A DNA stretch of 64,000 nucleotides from an uncultured delta proteobacterium. Its GTDB lineage: Bacteria; Desulfobacterota; Binatia; Binatales; Binataceae. The translations under genes were made by a program, and so were the position numbers. The notes under the pieces are model-generated. The model saw only the letters and a program-made list of their open reading frames with translations. It was not told where the DNA came from and did not search any database. Positions within the stretch are counted from its first letter, which is position 1, and each line of letters starts with the position of its first letter. Shown here one piece after another: positions 12,903-22,021 of the stretch. The stretch covers positions 2,784,001-2,848,000 of the forward strand of contig CAWEEQ010000004.1 of the NCBI GenBank assembly GCA_963808235.1. The letters run 5' to 3'.

Positions 12903-13385
12903 CTAGTCGCCAATTTCGCGGTATCCGCCGCGGAAAAAGAGCAGCGGCTTGCCTTCTTTGGTTTCGGCCTGCTCAATCTCACCGACGTAAATCGTATGGT
13001 CGCCGCCATCGATTTTCTGGGTCACGCTGCATTCAAGATACGCGAGCGCGCCATCGAGGATCGGCGCGCCGTTGGCCCCAATTCGATAGCTCACACCCTC
13101 GAATTTGTTGCCGCCGGTGACGGCGAACCTGCGCGAGAGCGCCTCCTGGTCGCCGGCGAGCACGTTGACGGTGAAGATTTTGCTCTCGTCGAAGCACGGA
13201 TAGCTCTCGGCCTTCTTGTCGATGCAAACCAGCAGCAGCGGCGGAATCAGCGAAACCGAGGTGAACGCATTGGCGGTCAGCCCGTGCAACTCACCCGAGC
13301 TTCGCTTCGAAGTGATAACGGTGACGCCGGTCGCGAAATGACCCATCACCCGTCTGAGCTCATTCTTCTCGATTGCCATCTGCAA
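12903..13385 (-). CDS. Flavin reductase family protein
   Basis: FATGVTVIT, TANAFTSVSLIPP, GDHTIYVG. Confidence 0.93.
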   Translation of the reverse strand: MQMAIEKNELRRVMGHFATGVTVITSKRSSGELHGLTANAFTSVSLIPPLLLVCIDKKAESYPCFDESKIFTVNVLAGDQEALSRRFAVTGGNKFEGVSYRIGANGAPILDGALAYLECSVTQKIDGGDHTIYVGEIEQAETKEGKPLLFFRGGYREIGD

Positions 13386-13442
13386 ACTCTCTCCGCGCGC
13401 GGATGCTATCAGACGATTTTATAAATCGTCAAATTACTCCTC

Positions 13443-13530
13443 TGTCATCCTGACTGGAGCTCGCGCCGCGAGCGGAGGGGAAGGATCTCGGACAGCTTCG
13501 CGTCAGCGAAGCCGGTTCCGGTTTCGAGTC
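13443..13530 (+). repeat. ~88-bp GTCAT-tagged palindromic element (second copy 61187-61272, reverse)
   Basis: TGTCATCCTGAC...GAAGGATCTCGGACAGCTTCGCGTCAGCGAAGCCGGTTCCGGTTTCGA aligns to the reverse complement of 61187-61272. Confidence 0.8.
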
Positions 13531-13627
13531 GATTTCAGCTGAACAAGGGCGAAAACCTTCGAAACGTTTCCCGTTTTCCCACAATAATCCCCGCGAAATG
13601 CCGCCGCGGCATTTCGCTCCATCCTGT

Positions 13628-13686
13628 CACCGGGTGCAGGGGTCACCCCTGCCGCCAGCCGCGCAGGCGTGACTAAGATTCCGACG
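13628..13686 (+). repeat. ~60-bp hairpin motif (second copy 55562-55623)
   Basis: GGGTGCAGGGGTCACCCCTGC..CCGCGCAGG..TTCCGAC vs GGGTCAAGGGGTCACCCCTTGC..CCGCGCAGG..TTCCGAC. Confidence 0.65.
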
Positions 13687-13726
13687 CTCCTGCTCGATCG
13701 GGCGGCCGCGGTATTCGTTCGCGCGA

Positions 13727-14242
13727 CTAATCCCAGCCAGTGCGATCGCGGGGGAGAACTTCCTTGCCGCCCAAGTAAACATAGTCGAGGTCTAGCGAGG
13801 TCAACGGACGATCGTTCTCCCCCACGCGCACGTTGACTGGCGCCGCGACAAAAATCGTATGGTCTCCCGCCACCCGGCTGTCCACGACGCGCGCTTCAAT
13901 CGCGACCATCGCGAGTTTCAGCCACGGCACTTGGAGCGTGGGCGATAGCTCGAATTCGATCGCGTCGAGGTTGTCCTCGCGCCGCGCGCGCGGCGAGTAG
14001 AAGTAGTCCTCGAGTTGCTTGCCGCGCCGTCCGACTACATTGATACCGAACGCGCCGGTCCGCGCGATGACCTTGTTGCTGAAGTGCGCGTTGTCGACCG
14101 CCGCAGCGAACAGCACCGGCTCGCCCGAGACTTGCGCCACCCACGACGACGACATCCCGTGGCTACGGGCCCCTTCCCGAACCGTCAGGACGTAGATTCC
14201 GGTGGTCAGGGCGGCCATCGCGCGCGCGAGATTGTTCTCCAT
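13727..14242 (-). CDS. Flavin reductase family protein
   Basis: LTTGIYVLT, SWVAQVSGEP, GDHTIFVA. Confidence 0.88.
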   Translation of the reverse strand: MENNLARAMAALTTGIYVLTVREGARSHGMSSSWVAQVSGEPVLFAAAVDNAHFSNKVIARTGAFGINVVGRRGKQLEDYFYSPRARREDNLDAIEFELSPTLQVPWLKLAMVAIEARVVDSRVAGDHTIFVAAPVNVRVGENDRPLTSLDLDYVYLGGKEVLPRDRTGWD

Positions 14243-14363
14243 GACGGATTGCTCCCTCGAAAAACGTGAAAAACGCTATTTTACGCTAGTGGAGAATTGA
14301 TCTTCACACCAAGCGATTCCAAAATGATAATCCGGTACTGTGGATCAAGATGTGTGGGAGTTG

Positions 14364-15183
14364 ATGGGCAGGATTATTTCTCACCTCTTTAGAGTTCTAA
14401 CCGCCGCTGGGTTTATCGTGCTGATCGCCGCGCACCACGCGCGCGCCGAAAGCTCGGCGGGAATCATGTTGCAGCAGAATACGCCCGTCACCGCGGGCGA
14501 CGCCGAGAAGGCGGGCACGCTGCCACCGCCTCCGCCGTACGATCCGACCAAGGTGCAGTACGTCAATCCGCCGATGCCGTCGCCGGAGCCGCAGACCAGC
14601 CCCACTCCAACCCCGACCGTGACTCCGACTCCTCTACCGCGGGTGCAAATCGACGGCGTCGTCACCGACAAAGTGCCGACCCCGGGTCAACTCGCCTACA
14701 AGGCGACCCGCGACATCTCGTTCATGGATCCGCTCAGCTGGTCGGTGACGATTTACAAAAAACACCATCAGCTGCTCGTCTACTACAAGGGTCGGCTGTT
14801 CAAGACGCTATCACGCGGTGTTCGGGCGGAGCTTCGAGCCGGGCACAAAACTCTGGGAGGGCGATCGGCGTACGCCCGAGGGCGTCTACACGATCGTCGA
14901 GAAGCATCCGAGCCGGCGATGGGAATGGTTCCTCACGCTCAACTATCCGAACGTGCTGGACCGCCGCCGCTACGAGCAGATGCGCGATGGCGGCGTGGTG
15001 CCGATCGAAGACGGGCGTCCCGTAGGTGTCGGCGGCAGAATAGGAATCCACGGTTCCGACGAACCACTGCTGAACCGCGGCGACGTCAACTGGACCACCG
15101 GATGCATCTCGGTGAGCGATCAGGACGTCGACGAACTGCACAAGCTGCTCCCAACCGGCACGGTCGTGATAATCAAGCCGTAG
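14364..15183 (+). CDS. Exported L,D-transpeptidase (YkuD) with +1 frameshift near 14808
   Basis: Signal/Pro-rich N-part, then after the shift YHAVFG..GDRRTPEGVY..IGIHG..WTTGC; likely sequencing indel. Confidence 0.8.
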
Positions 15184-15257
15184 CCGCAGGCGCTGTCCGA
15201 AATCCAACTGAAGGTCTAAAGTGCGGTGTGAATCTTCCCGTCCCAGGAGCATCCGTT

Positions 15258-16241
15258 ATGCGACCAATCAAATTCAATGTCGGACTTCCAGATAACGATC
15301 CCGTCGCGATGCTCGCGACGGCGCGGCGCGCCGAGGAGCTCGGCTACTACTCGGTTTCGATCGACGATCACTTCTTCATGAAAGGGCTGATGTCCAACGA
15401 GCACGCGCCGCACTACGAATGCTTCACGATGCTCAGTGCGGTTGCCGCGACCACCAAGAGCATCAAGATGCTGCCGCTAGTCACCTCGATGTCCTATCGC
15501 AACCCCGCGCTGCTCGCGAAGACGATGGCGTCGCTCGACAACTTGAGCGGCGGCCGCTTTATCGCGGGAATCGGCGCCGGCTGGTTCAAGGAGGAATACG
15601 ACGCTTACGGATTTCCGTATCCGTCCAACGCCGAGCGTATCGAGCAGATGGGCGACGGCATCAAGGTGCTCAAGGCGATGTGGACGCAAGCCGAGCCGAC
15701 GCATCATGGGCCGTACTTCAAAATCGACAAGGCCTACTGCGAGCCCAAACCCGTGCAGCGGCCGCATCCGCCGATCCTGATTGGCGGCGGCGGCAAGCGC
15801 GTGCTCGAAATCGCGGCGTACGAGGCCGACATCCTGAATCTGAACCCTCCGGTAACCAAGGGCTACGTCGATGTCGCTGAGGCACTCAAGTTCGATCGAG
15901 GCAAGGTCCTGAAGCGCATCGAGATGATCCGCGGCTTCCTGAAATCGGCGGGCCGCGCCCAGGACGCGCTCGAACTCTCCGGCGGAGGATTTGTGCTGAT
16001 GGCCAAGGATCGCGCGACCGCCGACGCGATGGCAACCGCGACCGCGCGGACCCTTGGAATCGAGAATAACGAGAGCGTGCGCAACTCGCTCCAGGTCATT
16101 ATCGGCACGCCCGACAACGTCAAGCGTGAACTCGCCGAACGAATCGAGAAATTTGGCATGACCTACTTCTTCCTGAACTTCATGATGCCCGACGCGATCG
16201 AGATGTTCGCTAAAGAAGTGATGCCCGCATTCGCGCACTGA
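15258..16241 (+). CDS. LLM-class (luciferase-like) flavin/F420-dependent oxidoreductase
   Basis: AGGAG RBS; AEELGY..DHF, YRNPALLAK, LDNLSGGR, GAGW; the ORF-track fusion with the LDT is an artefact. Confidence 0.9.
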   Translation: MRPIKFNVGLPDNDPVAMLATARRAEELGYYSVSIDDHFFMKGLMSNEHAPHYECFTMLSAVAATTKSIKMLPLVTSMSYRNPALLAKTMASLDNLSGGRFIAGIGAGWFKEEYDAYGFPYPSNAERIEQMGDGIKVLKAMWTQAEPTHHGPYFKIDKAYCEPKPVQRPHPPILIGGGGKRVLEIAAYEADILNLNPPVTKGYVDVAEALKFDRGKVLKRIEMIRGFLKSAGRAQDALELSGGGFVLMAKDRATADAMATATARTLGIENNESVRNSLQVIIGTPDNVKRELAERIEKFGMTYFFLNFMMPDAIEMFAKEVMPAFAH

Positions 16242-16248
16242 CGTCTGA

Positions 16249-16290
16249 TCCCTCGCCCGTTATGTTACGGGAGAGGTTAGGTGAGGGTTC
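16249..16290 (+). repeat. CCCTC..GGGAGAGG..GGTGAGGG palindromic repeat
   Basis: Same family as 52308-52343, 52503-52537, 55168-55202 and 61312-61394. Confidence 0.65.
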
Positions 16291-16322
16291 CGCGGATCGG
16301 CAGCGATTCAGGAGAAATCAAA

Positions 16323-17498
16323 ATGGACAAACTATCTGGCGAGTATAATTTCACCCGCCTCGAAACCGTCATCTTCGGCGTCGGCAAAGTCCAGTCGCTC
16401 GGCCGCGAGCTTAGCCGGCGCGGCGCGAAGCGCGCGCTGATCGTTACCGGCAAGACGCTCGGCCATTCCAGGCTGCTCGACCAGGTCAAGGCCGCCGCGG
16501 GTCCGGCACTGGCCGGCGTGTTCGCGGGAGCAGCACAGCATGTGCCCTCAAAGACCGTCGCGGAACTCGTCACTGAGGCGCGGCGCGTCGAGGCCGACAC
16601 GCTGGTGAGCTTCGGCGGCGGCAGTCCGATCGACACGGTGAAGAACGCCGCGATGATCCTGATGGGCGGGCGCGGCGGCGCGAAGACGATCGATTTCGCC
16701 GCATCGAGTGAAACCCCAAGCGGCCGCGAAATCCTCCATATCGCCATCCCAACCACGTTGTCAGCCGGCGAGTTCACGCCCGGCGGCGGCGTAACCGACG
16801 AAGCGACGAAGGTGAAAGGCGGCGTCGCGGACCCGCGCCTGCAGGCCAAAGTGGTGATCCTCGATCCCGAGCTGACCGTCGAGACGCCGGCGTGGCTGTG
16901 GGCTTCGACCGGGATGCGCGCGCTTGATCATGCCGTCGAAGGCAGTTACTCGACGCGGCATCAGATTGTGACCGACGCGCTCGCCGCGCGCGCGATTGCG
17001 ATTCTGAACAATCATCTGATGCCGTCGCTCAAGAGCCATGGCGATGACGAACTCGAGCATCGTTTGCAGTGCCAGATCGCCGCGTGGCTCTCGATTTTCG
17101 GGATGAGCAACACCCGCGGCGGCATCTCGCACGCGCTGGGACATCAGATTGGCCCCTACTGGAACGTTCCGCATGGCGTGACCTCATGCATCACGCTACC
17201 GCACGTAATGCGATTCATGGCGGGTATCGCGGCTGATCGCTTCGGCCCGATCGCCGAGGGTTTCGCGGTGCGCTTCGATACGCAAAACCCCCGCTCGGCC
17301 GCGCTCGAATGCGCCGATCGGGCCTCGAAGTTTATCGGCAAGTTCGAAGTGCCGATGCGGCTTCGCGACGTCGGCGTGCCGCGCGAAGAAATCTCGAAAA
17401 TCGCGGGCACAGTTCTCGAGGAAGTGAAGCGCTCGAACACGGTCGGCGCGGAAGTGACGCTCGAGCAGTTGGTCGCGATCCTCGACGCCGCTTACTGA
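16323..17498 (+). CDS. Iron-containing alcohol dehydrogenase
   Basis: GGGSPID, IPTTLSAGE, HALGH, PHG metal ligands. Confidence 0.92.
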   Translation: MDKLSGEYNFTRLETVIFGVGKVQSLGRELSRRGAKRALIVTGKTLGHSRLLDQVKAAAGPALAGVFAGAAQHVPSKTVAELVTEARRVEADTLVSFGGGSPIDTVKNAAMILMGGRGGAKTIDFAASSETPSGREILHIAIPTTLSAGEFTPGGGVTDEATKVKGGVADPRLQAKVVILDPELTVETPAWLWASTGMRALDHAVEGSYSTRHQIVTDALAARAIAILNNHLMPSLKSHGDDELEHRLQCQIAAWLSIFGMSNTRGGISHALGHQIGPYWNVPHGVTSCITLPHVMRFMAGIAADRFGPIAEGFAVRFDTQNPRSAALECADRASKFIGKFEVPMRLRDVGVPREEISKIAGTVLEEVKRSNTVGAEVTLEQLVAILDAAY

Positions 17499-17972
17499 GC
17501 GACGCCGCTTACCGAGCGTCCTTCGCCGCTTAACTCTATTTTTGAATTCCGCTTTCGCGAGAAGCGGTTTGCTGACGTTCGTCTCGACTATGGCGATTCC
17601 GCAATGCACGCGACACGCTTGGTCATGATTTCTGTGATCCTCTAGAGAATTTTTTCTTACATTCGCGACTGATCTTTGCGTTTGCGTTTCTATGCGTCGC
17701 CTGGGAGACCATTGCCGCATCTTGTTGTGAATATTGATTCCGCCACCACGTCAAAAAAACTTATGTCGGGAGAAAGTTTGTGCGAGGGCCGAGTGGGGTC
17801 CGGCGTGCAAGTCCATTCGTAGAACAAAATAAAAAGCGAAGCGGCTTCCCACGTTGCCGTTTCGTAGTCGGCGCGCTTTCCGCCGAATAGGGCTCCTGGA
17901 GTCCGGCCTTTGGCGGATTGCGCGCGTAACCCGGGCCGTAGCCGCGGCCCGATCAAGGAGGCTTCGACTACG

Positions 17973-18989
17973 ATGGGAGACGAACAGCAACAACGAAGAA
18001 TCCTGGTCACCGGAATCGCCGATCGCGTGGTCGCCGAGCTCGTCCGCCAGCTCGAGGACGACGACTCAGTCGAGCTCATCGCGGGAGTCGATTTCCGCGA
18101 GCCCCGACGAGCGTTCAAGCGCACCGACGTGATGGTGGCCGACCCACGCTCGCGTGCCCTGGGCCACATCCTGGGCGCGGTGCGGCCCGATACCGTGCTG
18201 CATCTCCAGCGCGCAAATTACGGCGCGGATGAGGCCAGTATCGAGGAGGCGCACGAGATCAGCGTGATGGGCACGATCAACCTCGCCGCCAGCCTCCAGC
18301 GCATCCCGAGCATGCGCAAGTTCGTGCTGATGAGCTCGCTCCACGTCTACGGCGGCGATCCCACCGATCCCGCGATCCTTACCGAAGACGCGAAGCTCAG
18401 GGTGCCGGCCAGGACCAAATACGCCGCGGATCTTGCCGAGATTGAAAGCGCGGTGAACCTGCTCGCGCGAGGAAAGAATAAACTCGCAGTCACCTGCATC
18501 CGCTTCGCAGAGCTGGTCGGTCGTCAGAGTGACGAGCCGATGGCGCGCTATCTGCGGATGCCGATGGTTCCGTCGCTGTGGGGCTACGATCCCAGGCTTC
18601 AGTTCTGTCATGAAGAAGACGCAATCGCGATTCTGAAACGCGCGGCGCTGGAGGACTGCGCCGGCATCTACAATGTCGCCGGCGACGGAGCGGTTTACCT
18701 GAGCCAGGCGCTGCGCATCGGCGCCAGGGCCCGGTTGCCGATCGCTCCACCGCTCTTCGGGGCTGCGATGAGTGCGGCGAACGCCGCCGGCCTGACAACG
18801 CTCGCGCCGCATCATCTGCTCACCCTGCGATACGGCCGCGTCGTCGACAACACTTGCGCCAAGGATCGTTTCGGGCAGTTTCGCTACACGACGCGCGAAG
18901 CTGTGCGAGACCTGTACGGGATCGGGGCCGAGCCGGCTGCCGCATTCAGAAAGACCGCGCCGAGCGAGCAGAAGGTCGCTGCGGCGTGA
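17973..18989 (+). CDS. NAD-dependent epimerase/dehydratase family protein
   Basis: ILVTG N-terminus, SSLHVYG, DPRLQFCHEEDA, GIYNVAGDG; AAGGAGG RBS. Confidence 0.82.
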   Translation: MGDEQQQRRILVTGIADRVVAELVRQLEDDDSVELIAGVDFREPRRAFKRTDVMVADPRSRALGHILGAVRPDTVLHLQRANYGADEASIEEAHEISVMGTINLAASLQRIPSMRKFVLMSSLHVYGGDPTDPAILTEDAKLRVPARTKYAADLAEIESAVNLLARGKNKLAVTCIRFAELVGRQSDEPMARYLRMPMVPSLWGYDPRLQFCHEEDAIAILKRAALEDCAGIYNVAGDGAVYLSQALRIGARARLPIAPPLFGAAMSAANAAGLTTLAPHHLLTLRYGRVVDNTCAKDRFGQFRYTTREAVRDLYGIGAEPAAAFRKTAPSEQKVAAA

Positions 18990-19044
18990 ACGAGGCCGCG
19001 TAAGTTGTAGGGCCGATCAGCGCAGTATCGACAGGAGATAAGCA

Positions 19045-20082
19045 ATGCAACAGCAACACACTCCGACGAACCAAATCAACGCGAACAACTTACCAGCCGG
19101 CATTTCCCGCGATGGCGCGGCGTGGCCGTTCCAGCCTGCGCCGATGAGTCAGCCGCACGAGGGCGATGCGAAGAGGCTAATCGCCGAGGAGGAAAAGTCG
19201 ACGGCCAACGGCGTGTCGCGCGACTTCTTCGATTACGACATTCCAATCAGCAAAAAGCCGGGGCTCGACGGCTACCTGGAACTGATTCGCCGCCGGATTG
19301 CGGGCGACTACGAGATCGATGAGTTCGGCTGCGACCCGCTTTACGGACAGATGTGGTGGCCCCTCTTCGAGGTGCTGTACCGCAATTACTGGCGCGTCGA
19401 ATCGACTGGGGTCGACAATCTGCCGGGCTCGGGCCGCGTGATGATTGTCGCGAATCACTCGGGCGGATCGTACGCATGGGACGCAGTTATGATTTCCACC
19501 GCGCTACACCTCGAGCATCGGCAACCGCGCTTAGTCAAATACGTTTCGACCGAATTTTTCTATGACACCCCGTTCCTGTCGTTCGATAACCGCAAGAAAG
19601 GGGCGGCTCTTGCCTGCCGCGAGGATTTCGCGAGGTTGCTCGAGCGCGATCTCGTGGTTGGTGTTTTCCCCGAAGGCGCCAAGGGATTCTTGAAACCCAG
19701 CGACAGGCGTTACCGGGTGCAGCGGTTCGGCCGCGGCGGTTTCGTGCAGCTCGCGATGATGACTCGCACGCCGATTGTCCCGGTCGCCGTGGTCGGCGGC
19801 GAGGAACTCCATTTCTCGCTCGGTAACTCGCGGCTGCTCGCAAATTTGATCAACCGTTTTATTCCACAGGAACGCGCCGACAGCTTCCCAGTCCTGCTCA
19901 ACATGCTGCCCCTGCCGGTCAAGTGGCGGATCGAGTTCTGCGAGCCCATCGACATGAGTTCGTACGGGGCCGAAGGAGCCATCGATACGCTCCTGGTCCA
20001 GCAAGTTACCGAACAGGTTCGCTCGCAGATCCAGGAAGGGCTCGATCGGAATCTCGCGATGCGCAAGACGATGTTCTGGTGA
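19045..20082 (+). CDS. Lysophospholipid acyltransferase family protein
   Basis: VANHSG..WD, VFPEG, RFGRGGFV, PIVPVAVVGGEE. Confidence 0.9.
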   Translation: MQQQHTPTNQINANNLPAGISRDGAAWPFQPAPMSQPHEGDAKRLIAEEEKSTANGVSRDFFDYDIPISKKPGLDGYLELIRRRIAGDYEIDEFGCDPLYGQMWWPLFEVLYRNYWRVESTGVDNLPGSGRVMIVANHSGGSYAWDAVMISTALHLEHRQPRLVKYVSTEFFYDTPFLSFDNRKKGAALACREDFARLLERDLVVGVFPEGAKGFLKPSDRRYRVQRFGRGGFVQLAMMTRTPIVPVAVVGGEELHFSLGNSRLLANLINRFIPQERADSFPVLLNMLPLPVKWRIEFCEPIDMSSYGAEGAIDTLLVQQVTEQVRSQIQEGLDRNLAMRKTMFW

Positions 20083-20151
20083 GCCACCGCGCGGGCCATC
20101 AGCCGATCGGCGCTAAGGTGACGCTCGGGCAGATGGTCGCGGCCTGAAAAG

Positions 20152-20490
20152 CTACGGCCCGACGGGGCCAACGTCGTGCGAGTTCGGGTTCAGCTGTCCG
20201 GCTCCCCATTGCGAGCCGGGCAGCGTTGGGAGTCCTTTCTCGTCGGGGGCGTCGGGACCGTCGACGGTGATTTCTCCGCCGCCCGGAATCGGAATCGTCA
20301 CGCTGTTGGGATTGGTAAAATCGTCGGGCGCGGGCATCGTCAGGTCGGTCGGCGATTCATAGCTGTTTGCCGCGTCGCCGTACGAAGAATCAGGCATCGG
20401 CACCGTCACGTCTTGCGCCATCGCGATGCCGCCTGCAAAGAGCAGAGTCACGGCAATTGCGAATGCAAGTTTGACGTGTCCTAATGACAT
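20152..20490 (-). CDS. Exported hypothetical protein
   Basis: Signal peptide ending AMA; acidic Pro-rich mature part. Confidence 0.6.
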   Translation of the reverse strand: MSLGHVKLAFAIAVTLLFAGGIAMAQDVTVPMPDSSYGDAANSYESPTDLTMPAPDDFTNPNSVTIPIPGGGEITVDGPDAPDEKGLPTLPGSQWGAGQLNPNSHDVGPVGP

Positions 20491-20527
20491 TGCAATCGAT
20501 TGTTACACGCGCCGGGGAGGAATCGAA

Positions 20528-21136
20528 ATGATAAAAATGCATGGCACCTCGATGTCGCGGGCGGCGCGAAGCCTGTGGGCACTCGAAGAATTCGGGCTCA
20601 AGTATGAGCACGTCCCGGTCGGTTTCAGCGGCGAGCTCCAGAAACCGGAATACCTCAAGATAAATCCGAACGGGCACATCCCCGCGATTGAAGACGGCGG
20701 CGCAGTCGTGTGGGAATCGATGGCGATCAACCTCTACCTGGCCGAAAAGTACGGCAAAGCCCCAATGTGGCCCGCGACGGTCGAGCAGCATGCGGCTTGC
20801 TACCAGTGGAGTTTTTGGGGCATGACCGAAATCGAACCGCTGCTGATGACCCTTCTGGCGAACCGGATGATGCTTCCGCCCGAGCAGCGTAACGAGAAAG
20901 CGGCAGCCAAGGCGGTCGAGGACTTAAAGAAGCCGCTCAAGATCCTCGACGCGCATTTGCACAATCGCGAGTACTTACTCGGCAAAGAATTCACAATTGC
21001 AGATCTGAACGTGGCGTCGGTCTTGAGCTTGGCGGTGTTGGTACAACTGGATCTTTCGGCAACTCCGAACGCGCAAAAGTGGTTGCAGAAGTGCATGGAA
21101 CGCCCGGCGAATCAGAAGGCAATCCGCATGAAATAG
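20528..21136 (+). CDS. Glutathione S-transferase family protein
   Basis: INPNGHIPAI, WESMAINLYL, FTIADL; GGAGG RBS. Confidence 0.93.
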   Translation: MIKMHGTSMSRAARSLWALEEFGLKYEHVPVGFSGELQKPEYLKINPNGHIPAIEDGGAVVWESMAINLYLAEKYGKAPMWPATVEQHAACYQWSFWGMTEIEPLLMTLLANRMMLPPEQRNEKAAAKAVEDLKKPLKILDAHLHNREYLLGKEFTIADLNVASVLSLAVLVQLDLSATPNAQKWLQKCMERPANQKAIRMK

Positions 21137-21269
21137 TGCGGTACGGCAAATTTGAGGTGGAATCAGTCGAAGGCTGCCGTATTGACTTTGTTTGGCCTCA
21201 CTGTAGCTTTCATGTCGCGATACTTGCACGCTTGTGACGTGGAAGAGTTCAATGGCGCAAGGTGACCTG

Positions 21270-21986
21270 ATGTCTGCCTGCAGGCAATGTGGCAAACAAA
21301 ACCCGGAGGGCACAGTATTTTGTGGTTATTGTGCGTCCTCGTTGGCGCCTGCGAAACCTCCTCCGCCGCCGCCCTCGCCAAAGCCACCGGAGCCGCCGCC
21401 GTCTGTACTTAGGCACGAGGTAAAACAACAGCCAGCTCCGGCAAAGGTCTTCAAACCTTCCCATGGCGCGCCGCCGCCTTCTGCCGACGGCAAGAGCAGA
21501 AGCATCGAGCTACTGCCGTGGAGTCAACTGTCTTCGGCGCAGAGGGCGGGACGAATTGGAGCGGGCGTCGTCGGCGTGCTTTTGATTTTCTTCTTCCTGC
21601 GCACGGTCCTGCATGGCGTCGGCGGATCGAATGAGAGTGTGTCGCAGCCGCAAGGCTCTGATGTCCCGATGACCGACGGCGATCGCCGCGACGGAATCGA
21701 ATCGTTGTGCAAGGTTTTCCAGATTTACGGCATCCCCAAGAACGAAAAAGATGCGGCCGGATCCGCAAAGAACGCGGCAGAGCTGTTCAAGCTCGCCGGC
21801 AATCAATCGCCCGAGCGCAGCATGTTCATCTTGACAACGATCGCGGCCGAGTTTCGCGAGGGCAAGCTGAAGGAAGCCGATTGTGCGGAAGCGGGCGCCC
21901 CACTCGGTACGGTCCAGGATAGTGGTTCCCCTGGTGCGGCAGCCACCCCCGCCTTCGACAATGCAGCGCACGCATTCCGCTACTAG
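21270..21986 (+). CDS. Zinc-ribbon domain membrane protein
   Basis: CRQCG..FCGYC, Pro-rich linker, one TM. Confidence 0.75.
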   Translation: MSACRQCGKQNPEGTVFCGYCASSLAPAKPPPPPPSPKPPEPPPSVLRHEVKQQPAPAKVFKPSHGAPPPSADGKSRSIELLPWSQLSSAQRAGRIGAGVVGVLLIFFFLRTVLHGVGGSNESVSQPQGSDVPMTDGDRRDGIESLCKVFQIYGIPKNEKDAAGSAKNAAELFKLAGNQSPERSMFILTTIAAEFREGKLKEADCAEAGAPLGTVQDSGSPGAAATPAFDNAAHAFRY

Positions 21987-22021
21987 CTGAGAGGCTTCGG
22001 CACCCTCGACGAGGGTCGCCG

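Noticed and set aside
14340-16241. 633-aa ORF as a novel LDT-luciferase fusion
   Set aside because: Frameshift artefact; the LLM gene has its own RBS and ATG at 15258, and the LDT ends at 15183.
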